Below the pieces are notes generated by a model. That model had not been told where the DNA came from and did no database searches. It worked only from the letters and a program-made list of their open reading frames with translations. This document shows positions 28,611-38,477 of a stretch of 64,000 bases of DNA, piece by piece; the first letter of the stretch is position 1; the number at the start of each line of letters is the position of its first letter. The stretch lies in assembly GCA_963812015.1 (NCBI GenBank), contig CAWETI010000003.1, positions 928,001 through 992,000 on the forward strand, read 5' to 3'. The translations under genes and the position numbers were made by a program. The stretch comes from an uncultured delta proteobacterium (GTDB lineage: Bacteria; Desulfobacterota; Desulfobaccia; Desulfobaccales; 0-14-0-80-60-11).

Positions 28611-28636
28611 AACCGAAAACCGAAAACAGAAAACAG
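28611..28636 (+). repeat. Heptamer tandem repeat (CCGAAAA-like)
   Basis: AACCGAAAACCGAAAACAGAAAACAG. Confidence 0.65.
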
Positions 28637-28645
28637 TCTTCTAAA

Positions 28646-29983
28646 ATGTTTGATCGACTGTCCGACAAATTAAACGCCGTCTTTAAGAAGCTGAAAGGGC
28701 ACGGCAAGCTCACTGAGGCCCAGGTGGGTGAGGCCCTGCGCGAGGTGCGTCTGGCGCTGCTGGAAGCCGACGTCAATTACAAGGTCACCAAGGCTTTTAT
28801 CGAGCGCATCCGGGAGCGGGCCGTGGGGGAAGAGGTCATGCGGTCCCTCACCCCGGCCCAGCAGGTCGTCAAGATCGTCCACGAGGAGCTCACCGGGCTG
28901 TTGGGCGGGGAATCTCCCAAGCTGGACCTGAGCGGCCGGCCCCCGGTGGCCCTGATGCTGGTGGGCCTCCAGGGCTCGGGTAAAACCACCACCGCGGCCA
29001 AGCTGGCGAAGCGCTTGAAGGGGCAAGGCCGGCAGCCGTACTTGGTGCCCGCCGACGTGCAAAGGCCTGCGGCCATCGAGCAGCTCAAGCGCCTGGGGGC
29101 GGACATCGGGGTAACGGTGCATCCCACCGAGGCCAGCCAGAACCCGGTGGCCATAGCCGCCGCGGCCATGGAGGCGGCCTACGCCGCGGGCTTTGATACG
29201 GTGATCCTGGACACCGCCGGGCGGCTCCACATCGACGGACCCCTGATGGAGGAGTTGAAGGCCATCCGGGAGAAGGTCGAGCCCAACGAGATCCTGCTGG
29301 TGGCGGACGCCATGACCGGCCAGGACGCGGTGGCGGTGGGCCAGAGCTTCCATGACCTCCTCAAGCTCACCGGGGTGGTCCTGACCAAGGTGGAAGGCGA
29401 TGCCCGGGGCGGGGCGGCCCTGAGCATGCGGGAGGTGGTGGGCCAGCCCATCAAGTTTCTGGGGGTGGGGGAAAAGCTGGACGCCCTGGAGGTGTTTCAC
29501 CCGGACCGCCTGGCCTCGCGGATTTTGGGGATGGGCGATGTGCTCACCCTGATAGAAAAAGCCCAGGAGGCCTTTGACGCCGACCAGGTCAAGGATCTGG
29601 AAAAGAAGCTGCGCCATGAGGCCTTTACCCTGGATGATTTCCGGGAGCAGCTCAAGCAGATCAAGAAGATGGGCAGTATGGAACAGATTCTGGGCATGAT
29701 TCCGGGGTTGGGCGGCAAGCTCAAGGCTATGAAGGGCATGCAGCCGGACGAGGGGGAGTTGAAACGGGTGGAGGCCATCATCAGCTCCATGACCCCGGGG
29801 GAGCGCAACGACCACACCATAATCAGCGGCAGCCGCCGCCGGCGCATCGCCCTGGGCAGCGGCACCTCGGTCCAGGACGTCAATCGGCTGCTGAAGAATT
29901 TCGCCATGACCCAGAAGATGATCAGACAGGTGGCCAAAGGCGGCAAGAAGGGGAAGGGCGGCTTTCCCATGAATATTTTCTAA
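28646..29983 (+). CDS. ffh: Signal recognition particle protein
   Basis: LLEADV, GLQGSGKTT, DTAGR, DARGGAALS, RILGMGD, Met-rich M domain. Confidence 0.98.
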   Translation: MFDRLSDKLNAVFKKLKGHGKLTEAQVGEALREVRLALLEADVNYKVTKAFIERIRERAVGEEVMRSLTPAQQVVKIVHEELTGLLGGESPKLDLSGRPPVALMLVGLQGSGKTTTAAKLAKRLKGQGRQPYLVPADVQRPAAIEQLKRLGADIGVTVHPTEASQNPVAIAAAAMEAAYAAGFDTVILDTAGRLHIDGPLMEELKAIREKVEPNEILLVADAMTGQDAVAVGQSFHDLLKLTGVVLTKVEGDARGGAALSMREVVGQPIKFLGVGEKLDALEVFHPDRLASRILGMGDVLTLIEKAQEAFDADQVKDLEKKLRHEAFTLDDFREQLKQIKKMGSMEQILGMIPGLGGKLKAMKGMQPDEGELKRVEAIISSMTPGERNDHTIISGSRRRRIALGSGTSVQDVNRLLKNFAMTQKMIRQVAKGGKKGKGGFPMNIF

Positions 29984-30001
29984 AGAAATGTGATGGTTGT
30001 C

Positions 30002-30023
30002 GTGGGGCGGTCCGCGAACCGCC
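30002..30023 (+). repeat. REP-like palindrome
   Basis: GTGGGGCGGTCCGCGAACCGCC. Confidence 0.5.
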
Positions 30024-30078
30024 TCTAGAGAAAGCATATCCAAGACGTTATCAAACCTAAGGAGGAGAAAGCAGCGGC

Positions 30079-30336
30079 ATGGCATTACGAATCCGATTGG
30101 CCCGTTACGGCGCCAAAAAGCGCCCATTTTATCGCATCGTGGTGAGCAACAGTGAGGCTCCCCGGGATGGCAGATTTCTGGAAATTATCGGCACCTATGA
30201 CCCGCGCCAGGAACCGGCGGCGGTATCGGTGAAGGAAGACCTGCTCCAGGAGTGGGTGAGCAAGGGCGCCACCTGCACCGATACGGTGGCCAGCTTGCTG
30301 AAGCAGCCCAGAGGAGCAGCCGCACCGGAGGCCTGA
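30079..30336 (+). CDS. rpsP: 30S ribosomal protein S16
   Basis: IRLARYGAKKRPFYRIVV..PRDGRFLEIIGTYDP. Confidence 0.98.
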   Translation: MALRIRLARYGAKKRPFYRIVVSNSEAPRDGRFLEIIGTYDPRQEPAAVSVKEDLLQEWVSKGATCTDTVASLLKQPRGAAAPEA

Positions 30337-30395
30337 GCGCAGTCTAGGCGCAGCAGGGAGGTTGATCGCCCGATCCCCTGACAGAGGTGGCTACT

Positions 30396-30626
30396 ATGAA
30401 GGAATTGGTGAAGTTCATCGCACAGTCACTGGTAGATAACCCTGAACAGGTCCAGGTCAATGAAATCGAAGGGGAGCAGACCTCGGTAATTGAACTGAAG
30501 GTGGCCAAGGAAGATCTGGGAAAGGTGATCGGCAAGCAGGGGCGCACCGCCCGGGCGATGCGCACCATTCTCAGCGCCGCGTCCACCAAAATCCGCAAGC
30601 GGGCGGTCCTGGAGATCCTTGAATAA
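30396..30626 (+). CDS. khpA: KH-domain RNA-binding protein KhpA
   Basis: [25 protein letters not shown]; conserved position after rpsP. Confidence 0.92.
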   Translation: MKELVKFIAQSLVDNPEQVQVNEIEGEQTSVIELKVAKEDLGKVIGKQGRTARAMRTILSAASTKIRKRAVLEILE

Positions 30627-31146
30627 CAGTTCGAAAACCCCTGAGCCGTTGATTGGTTTGGGGCAGATTTCCGGAGTTCAGGGCCTCCGGGGAGCCGTCA
30701 AGGTGCGGCCGGATGCCGAGGCGGCCACGACGGACCCGGAGGTGTTCGCCGCCCTGGGCCAGGTGTGGATCGGCGGCCAGGGCTACGCAGTCCTCGAAGC
30801 CGGGCGCCACAAAAACCAGGTGATCCTCCAGCTCGGCGGCGTCGATACCCGCAGCCAGGCCGAAGCGCTGGTGGGCCGGGCAGTTAAAGGGGACCGACGG
30901 CGGTTTCCGCCGCTGCCGCCCGGGGAGTACTACTGGTTCCAGGTGCTGGGTTTGCCGGTGATCAACGTGGACGACGGCGGCCGCTTGGGATACCTGGACC
31001 ATATCATCGCCACCCCGGGGCATGATGTCTACGTGGTGGTTGAAGGAGAGCGGGAGGTCCTGCTGCCGGCGGTGGAGGACGTGATCGTCGAGATCAACCT
31101 GGAGGAAGGAGTGATCAAGGCCTCGCCTCCCGAGGGACTTTTGTAA
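30619..31146 (+). CDS. rimM: Ribosome maturation factor RimM
   Basis: [37 protein letters not shown]; operon context. Confidence 0.92.
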   Translation: MNNSSKTPEPLIGLGQISGVQGLRGAVKVRPDAEAATTDPEVFAALGQVWIGGQGYAVLEAGRHKNQVILQLGGVDTRSQAEALVGRAVKGDRRRFPPLPPGEYYWFQVLGLPVINVDDGGRLGYLDHIIATPGHDVYVVVEGEREVLLPAVEDVIVEINLEEGVIKASPPEGLL

Positions 31147-31293
31147 GGGTAGGCAGCCGCCCGATCAGCGATGCGCCGAACCTGTTGATCCGGGCTTTGC
31201 TTCCTGAAGGACTTTTGTAAGGGGCAGGGCAGGCCGCTCGCATCTCCAAGGGTTTCGGTGATCGAGGCCTGTCGTGCCGGGGGATTCTTGTAA
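31111..31293 (+). repeat. Three 36-nt degenerate copies of the rimM 3' end, period 73-74 nt
   Basis: 31111-31146, 31185-31220 and 31258-31293 each read (G/T)TGATC...TTGTAA. Confidence 0.75.
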
Positions 31294-31297
31294 GCTT

Positions 31298-32035
31298 ATG
31301 CAGATTGACCTGTTGACCCTGTTTCCCGAGTTTTTCAGGTCACCCTTAAGCCAGAGCATGCTCCAGCGGGCCCAGGCCCAGGGGGCGGTCACCTACCGGG
31401 TGGTGAACCTGCGGGACTATGCCGGCGACCGGCACCAGGTGACGGACGACCGGCCCTTCGGTGGCGGGCCCGGGATGGTCATGAAGATCGAACCGCTGGC
31501 CGCGGCCATCCGGGCGGCCCGGGAGGACGACCCCCAAGTTCGGGTGATCCTGCTGAGCCCCTCCGGGGCGGTGTTTAACCAGGCCAAGGCCCGGGAATTA
31601 GCCGGCTTCGGCCACCTCCTGCTCATCTGCGGGCATTATGAAGGGGTGGACGAACGGGTTCATTTTTATATTGATGAAGAGCTGTCAATAGGCGATTATA
31701 TTCTAACCGGGGGGGAAATCCCGGCCCTGATCGTGCTGGATGCAGTGACCCGGCTGCTGCCCGGGGTTTTGGGGGGCGAAGGGGCCACCGAGGAAGAGTC
31801 ATTCCAGGAAGGCCTCCTGGAATATCCCCATTACACGCGGCCCCGGGTGTTCGAGGGCCGCGAGGTGCCCCAGGAGCTGCTGGAGGGCGACCACCAGCGT
31901 ATTGCCCGGTGGCGGCGCCGGCAGGCCCTGGCCCGGACGGTGCGGCGGCGACCGGATTTGCTGGCCCAAGCCGTGCTCAGTAAAGAAGACCGAGAATTCA
32001 TCAAATCCCTGGCCCAGACGCCAGGCGAAAGATAG
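31298..32035 (+). CDS. trmD: tRNA (guanine37-N1)-methyltransferase
   Basis: [48 protein letters not shown]. Confidence 0.97.
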   Translation: MQIDLLTLFPEFFRSPLSQSMLQRAQAQGAVTYRVVNLRDYAGDRHQVTDDRPFGGGPGMVMKIEPLAAAIRAAREDDPQVRVILLSPSGAVFNQAKARELAGFGHLLLICGHYEGVDERVHFYIDEELSIGDYILTGGEIPALIVLDAVTRLLPGVLGGEGATEEESFQEGLLEYPHYTRPRVFEGREVPQELLEGDHQRIARWRRRQALARTVRRRPDLLAQAVLSKEDREFIKSLAQTPGER

Positions 32036-32043
32036 GTGAGGAT

Positions 32044-32397
32044 ATGGAACGTGTAGATCAATTGGCCCGGGAGCAGATGCGAGGCGACCTGCCCGCGTTT
32101 CGCCCCGGGGATACCGTGGAAGTGCATGTGCGGATCGTGGAAGGCAACCGGGAGCGCATCCAGGTCTTCAAAGGCGTGGTTATCCGGAAGCGGGGCGGCC
32201 TCACCGGGGCCAGCTTTACGGTGCGCAAGGTTTCCTATGGGGTGGGGGTGGAACGCATCTTCCCCATGCATTCCCCTAACATTGACCAGGTGGTGGTCCT
32301 TACCCGGGGCAAAGTCCGGCGCAGCCGCCTCTATTACCTGAGAGATCGGGTGGGCAAGGCGGCCCGGATCAAGGAAAAGCGGTCCCCGGTGCTATGA
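32044..32397 (+). CDS. rplS: 50S ribosomal protein L19
   Basis: [36 protein letters not shown]. Confidence 0.98.
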   Translation: MERVDQLAREQMRGDLPAFRPGDTVEVHVRIVEGNRERIQVFKGVVIRKRGGLTGASFTVRKVSYGVGVERIFPMHSPNIDQVVVLTRGKVRRSRLYYLRDRVGKAARIKEKRSPVL

Positions 32398-33032
32398 GCC
32401 GCCTTCCGGGCAGCGCCGATGTGCTGGCTGACCCGGAAGGATTCTGGCGTTTTCAGGGATTGACCTTAATTGCCGGTGTGGATGAGGTGGGCCGGGGCCC
32501 CCTGGCGGGGCCGGTGGTGGCTGCGGCCGTAATCCTCCCTGCCGGCTTTGCTTTGCCCGGCCTCAGGGATTCCAAGCGCCTCTCCCCGGAAGTAAGGGTG
32601 GAACTAGATAGCCACATCCGGTGCCAGGCCCTGGCCCTGGCCATCCGGGAAGTGGGACCCCGCCAGATCGAGCGCCAGGGAATCCTGACTGCCTCGCTGC
32701 GAGCCATGGCCCGGGCCATACAAGACCTGTCCCTAGTCCCGGAGATGGTCCTGGTGGACGGCAACCAGCCCCTGCCCCTGACATACCCCCAGCAACCGGT
32801 GATCAAGGGGGACGACCGCTGTCCCTCCATCGCCGCGGCCTCCGTGGTGGCCAAGGTCTATCGGGATCGGCTGATGGAGGCGCTGCACCACCGTTACCCC
32901 CAATACAATTTCGCCCGGCACAAGGGCTACGGCACTGCCGAACACCTGGAGGCCCTGCGCTGCTGGGGCCCCTGCATCCTCCACCGCCGCACCTTCCGGG
33001 GCGTGAAGGAGTGGGTGGGGGGGAAGGAATAG
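32394..33032 (+). CDS. rnhB: Ribonuclease HII
   Basis: [45 protein letters not shown]. Confidence 0.96.
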   Translation: MSRLPGSADVLADPEGFWRFQGLTLIAGVDEVGRGPLAGPVVAAAVILPAGFALPGLRDSKRLSPEVRVELDSHIRCQALALAIREVGPRQIERQGILTASLRAMARAIQDLSLVPEMVLVDGNQPLPLTYPQQPVIKGDDRCPSIAAASVVAKVYRDRLMEALHHRYPQYNFARHKGYGTAEHLEALRCWGPCILHRRTFRGVKEWVGGKE

Positions 33033-33135
33033 TTTTTGGAAGAGGGGGCCAGAGGCCGACGGCCCCTGCCCCCTCTCCCAAACCCACTCCCCCAACCCCA
33101 TCAGGGGAGGGTGGCACAGGCATCTCGCCTGTGCT
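33033..33135. repeat. G-rich hairpin (copy 2) plus a GGTGGCACAGGC-type REP
   Basis: GAGGGGGCCAGAGGCC..GGCCCCTGCCCCCTC, CCCCCAACCCC, then GGTGGCACAGGCATCTCGCCTGTGC (related to 40697-40722). Confidence 0.6.
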
Positions 33136-33152
33136 AAAAGTGGCTTGATGAG

Positions 33153-33515
33153 GTGGCTTTGAAAGACTTGCGACGCCAACTGGGCGATGCCGGCGAGGAC
33201 CTGGCCGCGGCGGCCTTGAAAAAACAGGGCTACAAGATCCTGGAGCGCAATTACGTGACCCCCCTGGGGGAGATCGACCTCATCGCCCGGCAGGGGCACA
33301 CGGTGGTGGTGGTAGAGGTCAAGACCCGGAAAAGCACCCGGTTCGGCAGCCCCCAAGAGGCGGTGTCCGTCACCAAGCAGCAGCGCTTGCGGCGTCTGGC
33401 CGATTATTACCTGAAGGACAAGCGCCTGGCCGGAACCACGGTGCGCTTCGACGTGGTGGCCGTCAGCCTGGCAGAGGCTGAACCGCAGGTGGAGATTATT
33501 CAGAACGCGTTTTGA
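33153..33515 (+). CDS. YraN family (UPF0102) protein
   Basis: GEDLA, GYKILERN, GEIDLIA, VEVKTR, RFDVV. Confidence 0.93.
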   Translation: MALKDLRRQLGDAGEDLAAAALKKQGYKILERNYVTPLGEIDLIARQGHTVVVVEVKTRKSTRFGSPQEAVSVTKQQRLRRLADYYLKDKRLAGTTVRFDVVAVSLAEAEPQVEIIQNAF

Positions 33516-33516
33516 G

Positions 33517-34365
33517 GTGAGCCCCATCGGCACGCTCTATATCGTCGCCACCCCCATCGGCAATCTGGAGGACATTACCTTAAGGGCCCTTAGGGTGCTG
33601 AAAGAGGTTGACCTCATTGCCGCGGAAGACACCCGTCACACCAAAAAGCTCCTGAATCACTTCGGCATCAGCACGCCGCTCATCAGCTACCACGCCCACA
33701 ACCAGGCGTCCCGGGGGCCGGAGCTGATCCAGCGCCTTGAGAATGGGGAAACGCTGGCCCTGGTGAGCGACGCCGGCACCCCGGGATTTTCGGACCCCGG
33801 CGCCGACCTGGTGGCCCGGGCCTGGGAGGCGGGGGTGAAGGTGGAGGCGGTGCCCGGCCCGGCCGCGGGGGTGGCGGCGCTCTCGCTTTCCGGGTTCAAA
33901 GGGGATATACTCTTCGTGGGTTTTCTGCCCCGGGGCGAGGGCCGGCGGCTGAAAATGCTCCAGGGGCTGGCGCCAGAACACCGGGTGATTATTATCTATG
34001 AGTCACCCCGCCGCCTGCCCCGGACGCTGACGGAAATCGCCGGGGCCATGCCCCATCGCCAAATCATGGTGGGGCGCGAGCTCACCAAGAAATTCGAGGA
34101 GACCTGGCGGGGGCAGGTGGCGGATATCGCCGCCCAGCTTCGAGACGCCGAGATCAGAGGGGAATGCGCCCTGGTGCTCTCCTGCCCCACGTCAGAGGCG
34201 CCGGCATCGCCGGCGGATCTGGAGGAGTTTTTGCTGGAGGCCGCCGGGAAGAGCGGTTTACGAGGGCGGCGTCTGGCGGACCAGGTGGCCGGTGATCTCA
34301 AGGCGCCCCGGCGACAAGTCTACCAGACCTACCTGGCCCTGAAGGAGCAAGGCCGGTTGGAATGA
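33517..34365 (+). CDS. rsmI: 16S rRNA (cytidine1402-2'-O)-methyltransferase
   Basis: LYIVATPIGNLEDIT, AEDTR, VSDAGTP..DPG, YESP, RELTKKFEE. Confidence 0.95.
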   Translation: MSPIGTLYIVATPIGNLEDITLRALRVLKEVDLIAAEDTRHTKKLLNHFGISTPLISYHAHNQASRGPELIQRLENGETLALVSDAGTPGFSDPGADLVARAWEAGVKVEAVPGPAAGVAALSLSGFKGDILFVGFLPRGEGRRLKMLQGLAPEHRVIIIYESPRRLPRTLTEIAGAMPHRQIMVGRELTKKFEETWRGQVADIAAQLRDAEIRGECALVLSCPTSEAPASPADLEEFLLEAAGKSGLRGRRLADQVAGDLKAPRRQVYQTYLALKEQGRLE

Positions 34366-34377
34366 GGCGGTGGGGCC

Positions 34378-34490
34378 GTAGGGGCGGGTTTTAAACCCGC
34401 CCCTACCTCGAAGTGACAGATATGTAGGGTGGGCACTGCCCACCAATTCCTCTGACCCTCTGATTAATTGGTGCGTGGAAAGAACCCTAT
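34378..34490. repeat. Cluster of GTAG-type REP palindromes (REPIN-like)
   Basis: GTAGGGGCGGGTTTTAAACCCGCCCCTAC (34378-34406), GTAGGGTGGGCACTGCCCACC (34424-34444), and a degenerate inverted copy at 34470-34490. Confidence 0.75.
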
Positions 34491-34549
34491 GAAGAACTGA
34501 CAGGGCAAACCTGCGGCTTACCTTATTCCAAACCTGATTTCATGATACA

Positions 34550-34843
34550 ATGGCGACCGACGAAACGAAACTTTGGACGGTAGAAAAGGAACTCTGGGTG
34601 GAAAACCGCCTGGGGCTGCACGCCCGGCCCGCGGCGAAAATCGCCACCGCGGCGCAGCAGTTCGACGCCGACATCAGCCTGGAGAAAGATGGCCTAACGG
34701 TCAACGCCCGGGATTTACTGGACGTCCTGGCGATGGACTGCCCTCAGGGAACCAGGCTGGTGCTGCGGGCCCGGGGCCCCCAGGCCCGGGAGGCGGCCAC
34801 CTCCATTACTTCCTTGTTTGCCCGGAAGTTTGAGGAGTCATGA
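34550..34843 (+). CDS. ptsH: Phosphocarrier protein HPr
   Basis: GLHARPA (His15); the Ser46-equivalent position is Asp (VNARDLL). Confidence 0.92.
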   Translation: MATDETKLWTVEKELWVENRLGLHARPAAKIATAAQQFDADISLEKDGLTVNARDLLDVLAMDCPQGTRLVLRARGPQAREAATSITSLFARKFEES

Positions 34844-36624
34844 CCGAGAAAAATCGCCTACTTGAGGGTATTGCCGCTTCCCCGGGCATTGTCATAGGGC
34901 CGGCCCGTGTCCTGACCCAGGAAGGCCAGGTCTCGACGCGTCTGCTCTACACCGACCAGGAAGTGACCGACGAGTTGGAGCGCTTCAATCGGGCGGTAGA
35001 CCGGACGGAGGAGGAACTCACCCGGCTCAGGCAGGAAATTGCCGCGGATTTGAAAGAGCATGCCCATATCCTGGAGCTGCACCTGCTCATCCTCCGGGAC
35101 CGCATGCTGCTCCTGGAGACCCAGAAGCTCATCAAGGAACAGAACTTCAACGCCGAACGGGCCCTGTACCAGGCGTTCCTGAAGATCAAGGAGGTGTTCC
35201 AGCGCATCGGGGACAAACACATCCGGGGACGCATCCAGGACGTGGAGGCGGTGTACCGCCGCCTGCTGGGACATCTGACCGGCCGGGGCGCCAGCAAAGC
35301 CTTTGAGTTCGACGAGCCGGTGATCATCGTGGCCCGGGACCTGTCCCCCACGGAAACCACCCAGATGTCCAGTGACCAGGTGCTGGGATTTATCACGGAG
35401 CGGGGCGGCAAGACCTCCCACACCGCCATTATCGCCCATTCCCTGGAAATTCCCGCGGTGGTGGGTCTGGACAGCGCCACCCTGGAGATCGCCTCCGGGG
35501 ACGAGGTCATCATCAATGGCCTGACCGGCCGGGTGATCGTCAACCCGGACGAGGCGATGCGCCGGAGTTACCAGGTCCGCCGGGAGGAATTCGAGACCTT
35601 CAAGTTGGAGGTGGCCCAGGGCAGCTCCCTGCCGGCGGTGACCAGCGACGGCCACCCCAACCGGGTGCTGGCTAACATCGAACAGCCGGATGAAGTCTCC
35701 CTGGCCCAAAAATACGGGGCGGATGGGATCGGCCTCTACCGCACCGAGTTCCTCTATCTGCAGCAGCGGCAATTGCCCACGGAGGAGGAGCTGTTCCACC
35801 ATTACCGGCAGGTGGTGGAGGCCATGGCCCCCCTGGAGGTCACCATCCGGACCCTGGACATCGGGGGCGACAAATTTCTTTCTCCCCTGGAGTATGCCCC
35901 TGAGATGAACCCGGCCCTGGGGCTCCGGGCCATCCGCTTTTGCCTCAAGGAGCAAAAAATTTTCCGGACCCAGGTCAAGGCCATCCTCCGGGCCTCGGCC
36001 TTCGGCAAAGTCCGGGTCATGTTCCCCCTGATCTCCAGCCCCCGGGAGTTGCACGAGGCCCGGTTGCTGCTGGAGTCGGTGAAGGGGGAGCTAGCCAGGG
36101 AACATACCGCCTTTGATCAGAAATTGCCGGTGGGGGCCATGATCGAGGTGCCGGCGGCCGTCACCCTGGCGGACCTGTTGACCAAGGAAGCGGATTTTTT
36201 CAGCATCGGCACCAATGACCTGATCCAGTACGCCCTGGCCATCGACCGGAGCAACAAGTCCGTGGCGGACATGTATGAACCCCTGCACCCGGCGGTGATG
36301 CGCATGGTCCGGGAGGTGGTCCAGGTCAGCCGGAAGGCCGGTATCCGGGTGGCCATGTGCGGCGAGATGGCCGGCGACCCGCTCTATATCCCGGTCCTCC
36401 TGGGGCTGGGGGTGGAAGAGCTGTCCATGAACCCCACCTCCATCCCGGTGGTCAAGAAAGTCATTCGCATGACCTCCATGGGCGAGGCCCAGGAAATCGC
36501 CCGCCAGGCCCTGTCCCTGGCCACTGTGGAAGAAGTCAACGAATACGTCAGCCGGGAGATGGATCACCGCTTTCCGGATATTTTTCGGTTCGGCCGCCCC
36601 CTGGCCACCAATCGGATCCTATGA
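34840..36624 (+). CDS. ptsI: PTS enzyme I
   Basis: GIAASPG, GGKTSHTAII, GIGLYRTEF, RTLDIGGDK, NPALGLRAIR, SIGTNDL, MCGEMAGD. Confidence 0.96.
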   Translation: MTEKNRLLEGIAASPGIVIGPARVLTQEGQVSTRLLYTDQEVTDELERFNRAVDRTEEELTRLRQEIAADLKEHAHILELHLLILRDRMLLLETQKLIKEQNFNAERALYQAFLKIKEVFQRIGDKHIRGRIQDVEAVYRRLLGHLTGRGASKAFEFDEPVIIVARDLSPTETTQMSSDQVLGFITERGGKTSHTAIIAHSLEIPAVVGLDSATLEIASGDEVIINGLTGRVIVNPDEAMRRSYQVRREEFETFKLEVAQGSSLPAVTSDGHPNRVLANIEQPDEVSLAQKYGADGIGLYRTEFLYLQQRQLPTEEELFHHYRQVVEAMAPLEVTIRTLDIGGDKFLSPLEYAPEMNPALGLRAIRFCLKEQKIFRTQVKAILRASAFGKVRVMFPLISSPRELHEARLLLESVKGELAREHTAFDQKLPVGAMIEVPAAVTLADLLTKEADFFSIGTNDLIQYALAIDRSNKSVADMYEPLHPAVMRMVREVVQVSRKAGIRVAMCGEMAGDPLYIPVLLGLGVEELSMNPTSIPVVKKVIRMTSMGEAQEIARQALSLATVEEVNEYVSREMDHRFPDIFRFGRPLATNRIL

Positions 36625-37079
36625 AAGAAGACAACCTCAAGATCATCTGCCGCAACCGGAAGGCTTTGTTCGAATACAGCATCGATGCCTTGTATGAAGC
36701 CGGTATGGTGTTGAAAGGGACGGAAGTCAAATCTCTGCGCCAGGGAAAGGCCAGCATCAACGACGCCTACGCCCGCTTCAAAGACGGGGAGATCTACCTG
36801 TACAACGTCCATATCAGCCCCTATACCCATGCCGCCTTGGACAGCCACAACCCGGAACGGCCCCGGAAGCTCCTGCTGCATCGCTGGGAATTGCGGCGCC
36901 TCCTGGGCAAGACCCAGGAGCGGGGCTTCACGCTGATTCCCTTGCGGATGTACTTCAGGAATGAGCACGCCAAGGTGGAGATCGCCCTGGCCCGGGGGAA
37001 AAGAAAATTCGACAAACGGGAGAGCATTCGCAACCGGGAAGAGAAGCGAGACATGGAGCGGGCCCGGAAGCGGCGGTAA
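36621..37079 (+). CDS. smpB: SsrA-binding protein
   Basis: NRKA..Y, EAGMVLKGTEVKSLR, RKLLLH, KVEIALARGK..DKR. Confidence 0.97.
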   Translation: MKEDNLKIICRNRKALFEYSIDALYEAGMVLKGTEVKSLRQGKASINDAYARFKDGEIYLYNVHISPYTHAALDSHNPERPRKLLLHRWELRRLLGKTQERGFTLIPLRMYFRNEHAKVEIALARGKRKFDKRESIRNREEKRDMERARKRR

Positions 37080-37081
37080 AA

Positions 37082-37214
37082 ATTGAGGGGAGGGCCGGGG
37101 GACGAGAGTCCCCCGCCCTCCCCTCAAACTCCCCTCCCATCCCCCTAATAAGGGGTTGGGGGTGGGAGTCTGAGGGAGGGGGCAGGGGCAGGTGCCCCTG
37201 GCCCCCTCTCTCAG
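37082..37214. repeat. G-rich hairpin family, double copy
   Basis: GAGGGGAGGGC..GCCCTCCCCTC, CCCCTAATAAGGGG, GGAGGGGGCAGGGGC..GCCCCTGGCCCCCTC. Confidence 0.65.
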
Positions 37215-37235
37215 AAATAACTGCGAGACCATCGC

Positions 37236-37616
37236 ATGGACTGTTTTGCCAGACTTGCCGAAAATCGTATCCAGGAAGCCATTGAGGCCGGCGAATTCGA
37301 CAACCTCAGTGGCAAGGGCCGACCCCTCAACCTGGAGGATGACAGCCACATTCCCCCTGAGCTGCGCATGGCCTACAAGATCTTGAAAAACGCCGACTGC
37401 CTGCCCCCGGAACTGGAACTGCGTAAAGAAGTGGTGCAGTTGCAGGACCTGGTGGCCACTATGCCGGATACGGCCGAGAAGCTCAAGCAGATGCGGCGCC
37501 TCAATTTTCTGGTGATGAAACTGAATATGATCCGGCCGGTGTCACCCCAGTTGCTGGAGCACGACCTCTACACCCCCAAGGTCCTGGAACGGCTGGCGTC
37601 AGACGGTAATCCTTAG
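37236..37616 (+). CDS. DUF1992 (DnaJ-associated) family protein
   Basis: AENRIQEAIEAGEFDNLSGKGRPL..LRMAYKILKNA..PPE. Confidence 0.85.
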   Translation: MDCFARLAENRIQEAIEAGEFDNLSGKGRPLNLEDDSHIPPELRMAYKILKNADCLPPELELRKEVVQLQDLVATMPDTAEKLKQMRRLNFLVMKLNMIRPVSPQLLEHDLYTPKVLERLASDGNP

Positions 37617-37697
37617 TATGAGCCGGGACTTGGCCAGAACGAGAGGCGCCCCGCCGGGCCCAAATCTTCCCATGCCGAACCGCACCCCGGAACCTGA

Positions 37698-38384
37698 ATG
37701 AAACTTCGCTGGGACCATCCCCTGTGGCGCGGCCAGGCCCCGGTCCTGGTGCGTCGCCTGATCCAGGCCTACCTCCGGACCTGCCCGTCGGAACTGGTGG
37801 CGACGCCGGCGATTAAGCAGCTCATCGTTTCGGGACCGCCGGTTATCTACACCACCTGGCACTGCCACTTGCTGAGCCCCCTGTTCATTGCGGATCGGTA
37901 CCGGGGGGGCCAACTTCCCATGGTGCTCATGGCCAGCCCCAGCCGGGATGGGGAGTTTATCGCGGCGGTGGCCCGGGGTCTGGGGTTCGTGGTTTTTTTG
38001 GGGTCCCGGCGCAAAGGCGGGGTCCAGGCCCTGCGCCAGATGGCCCCATGGTACCGCCGGGGATACAGTTGCGGGATGATTGCCGACGGTTCCCGGGGGC
38101 CGGCCCGGGTGGCCCAGCCCGGCGTCCTCTACCTGGCCCGGGAGACCCAGGGAGTCATCCTCCCCGTGGCCGTGGCCGCCCGCCGCAAACTAACCTTTGA
38201 CACCTGGGACCGGTTTGAACTGCCCCTGCCGTTTGGCCGCCTGGCCGTGCTGGTGGGAGAACCCCTCCGGGTTGGGCGGGAGGATCGGGGGCCGGCCCTG
38301 GAGCCTAAACGCCTGGAATTGGAAGCCTGCCTCAACCGCCTTTTCCTCGAGAGCCAATCGTATTATCTCGCCGGAGAAAAATAA
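37698..38384 (+). CDS. DUF374 / lysophospholipid acyltransferase family protein
   Basis: TWH, ASPSRDGE, GSRRKGG, ADGSRGP, WDRFELPLPF. Confidence 0.82.
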   Translation: MKLRWDHPLWRGQAPVLVRRLIQAYLRTCPSELVATPAIKQLIVSGPPVIYTTWHCHLLSPLFIADRYRGGQLPMVLMASPSRDGEFIAAVARGLGFVVFLGSRRKGGVQALRQMAPWYRRGYSCGMIADGSRGPARVAQPGVLYLARETQGVILPVAVAARRKLTFDTWDRFELPLPFGRLAVLVGEPLRVGREDRGPALEPKRLELEACLNRLFLESQSYYLAGEK

Positions 38385-38477
38385 TTCTCCTAGTCCGACA
38401 AATTGGTCAATAAACGGTTGCCTTGTGCTGCCAATGTGTTAAATTTTAATAAAATAATTAAGGAATTGTGCACTGCT

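Noticed and set aside
31111..31293. CRISPR-like geometry (36-nt repeats, 37-38-nt spacers)
   Set aside because: The repeats are degenerate copies of rimM coding sequence, the spacers resemble each other, and no cas genes or leader are present
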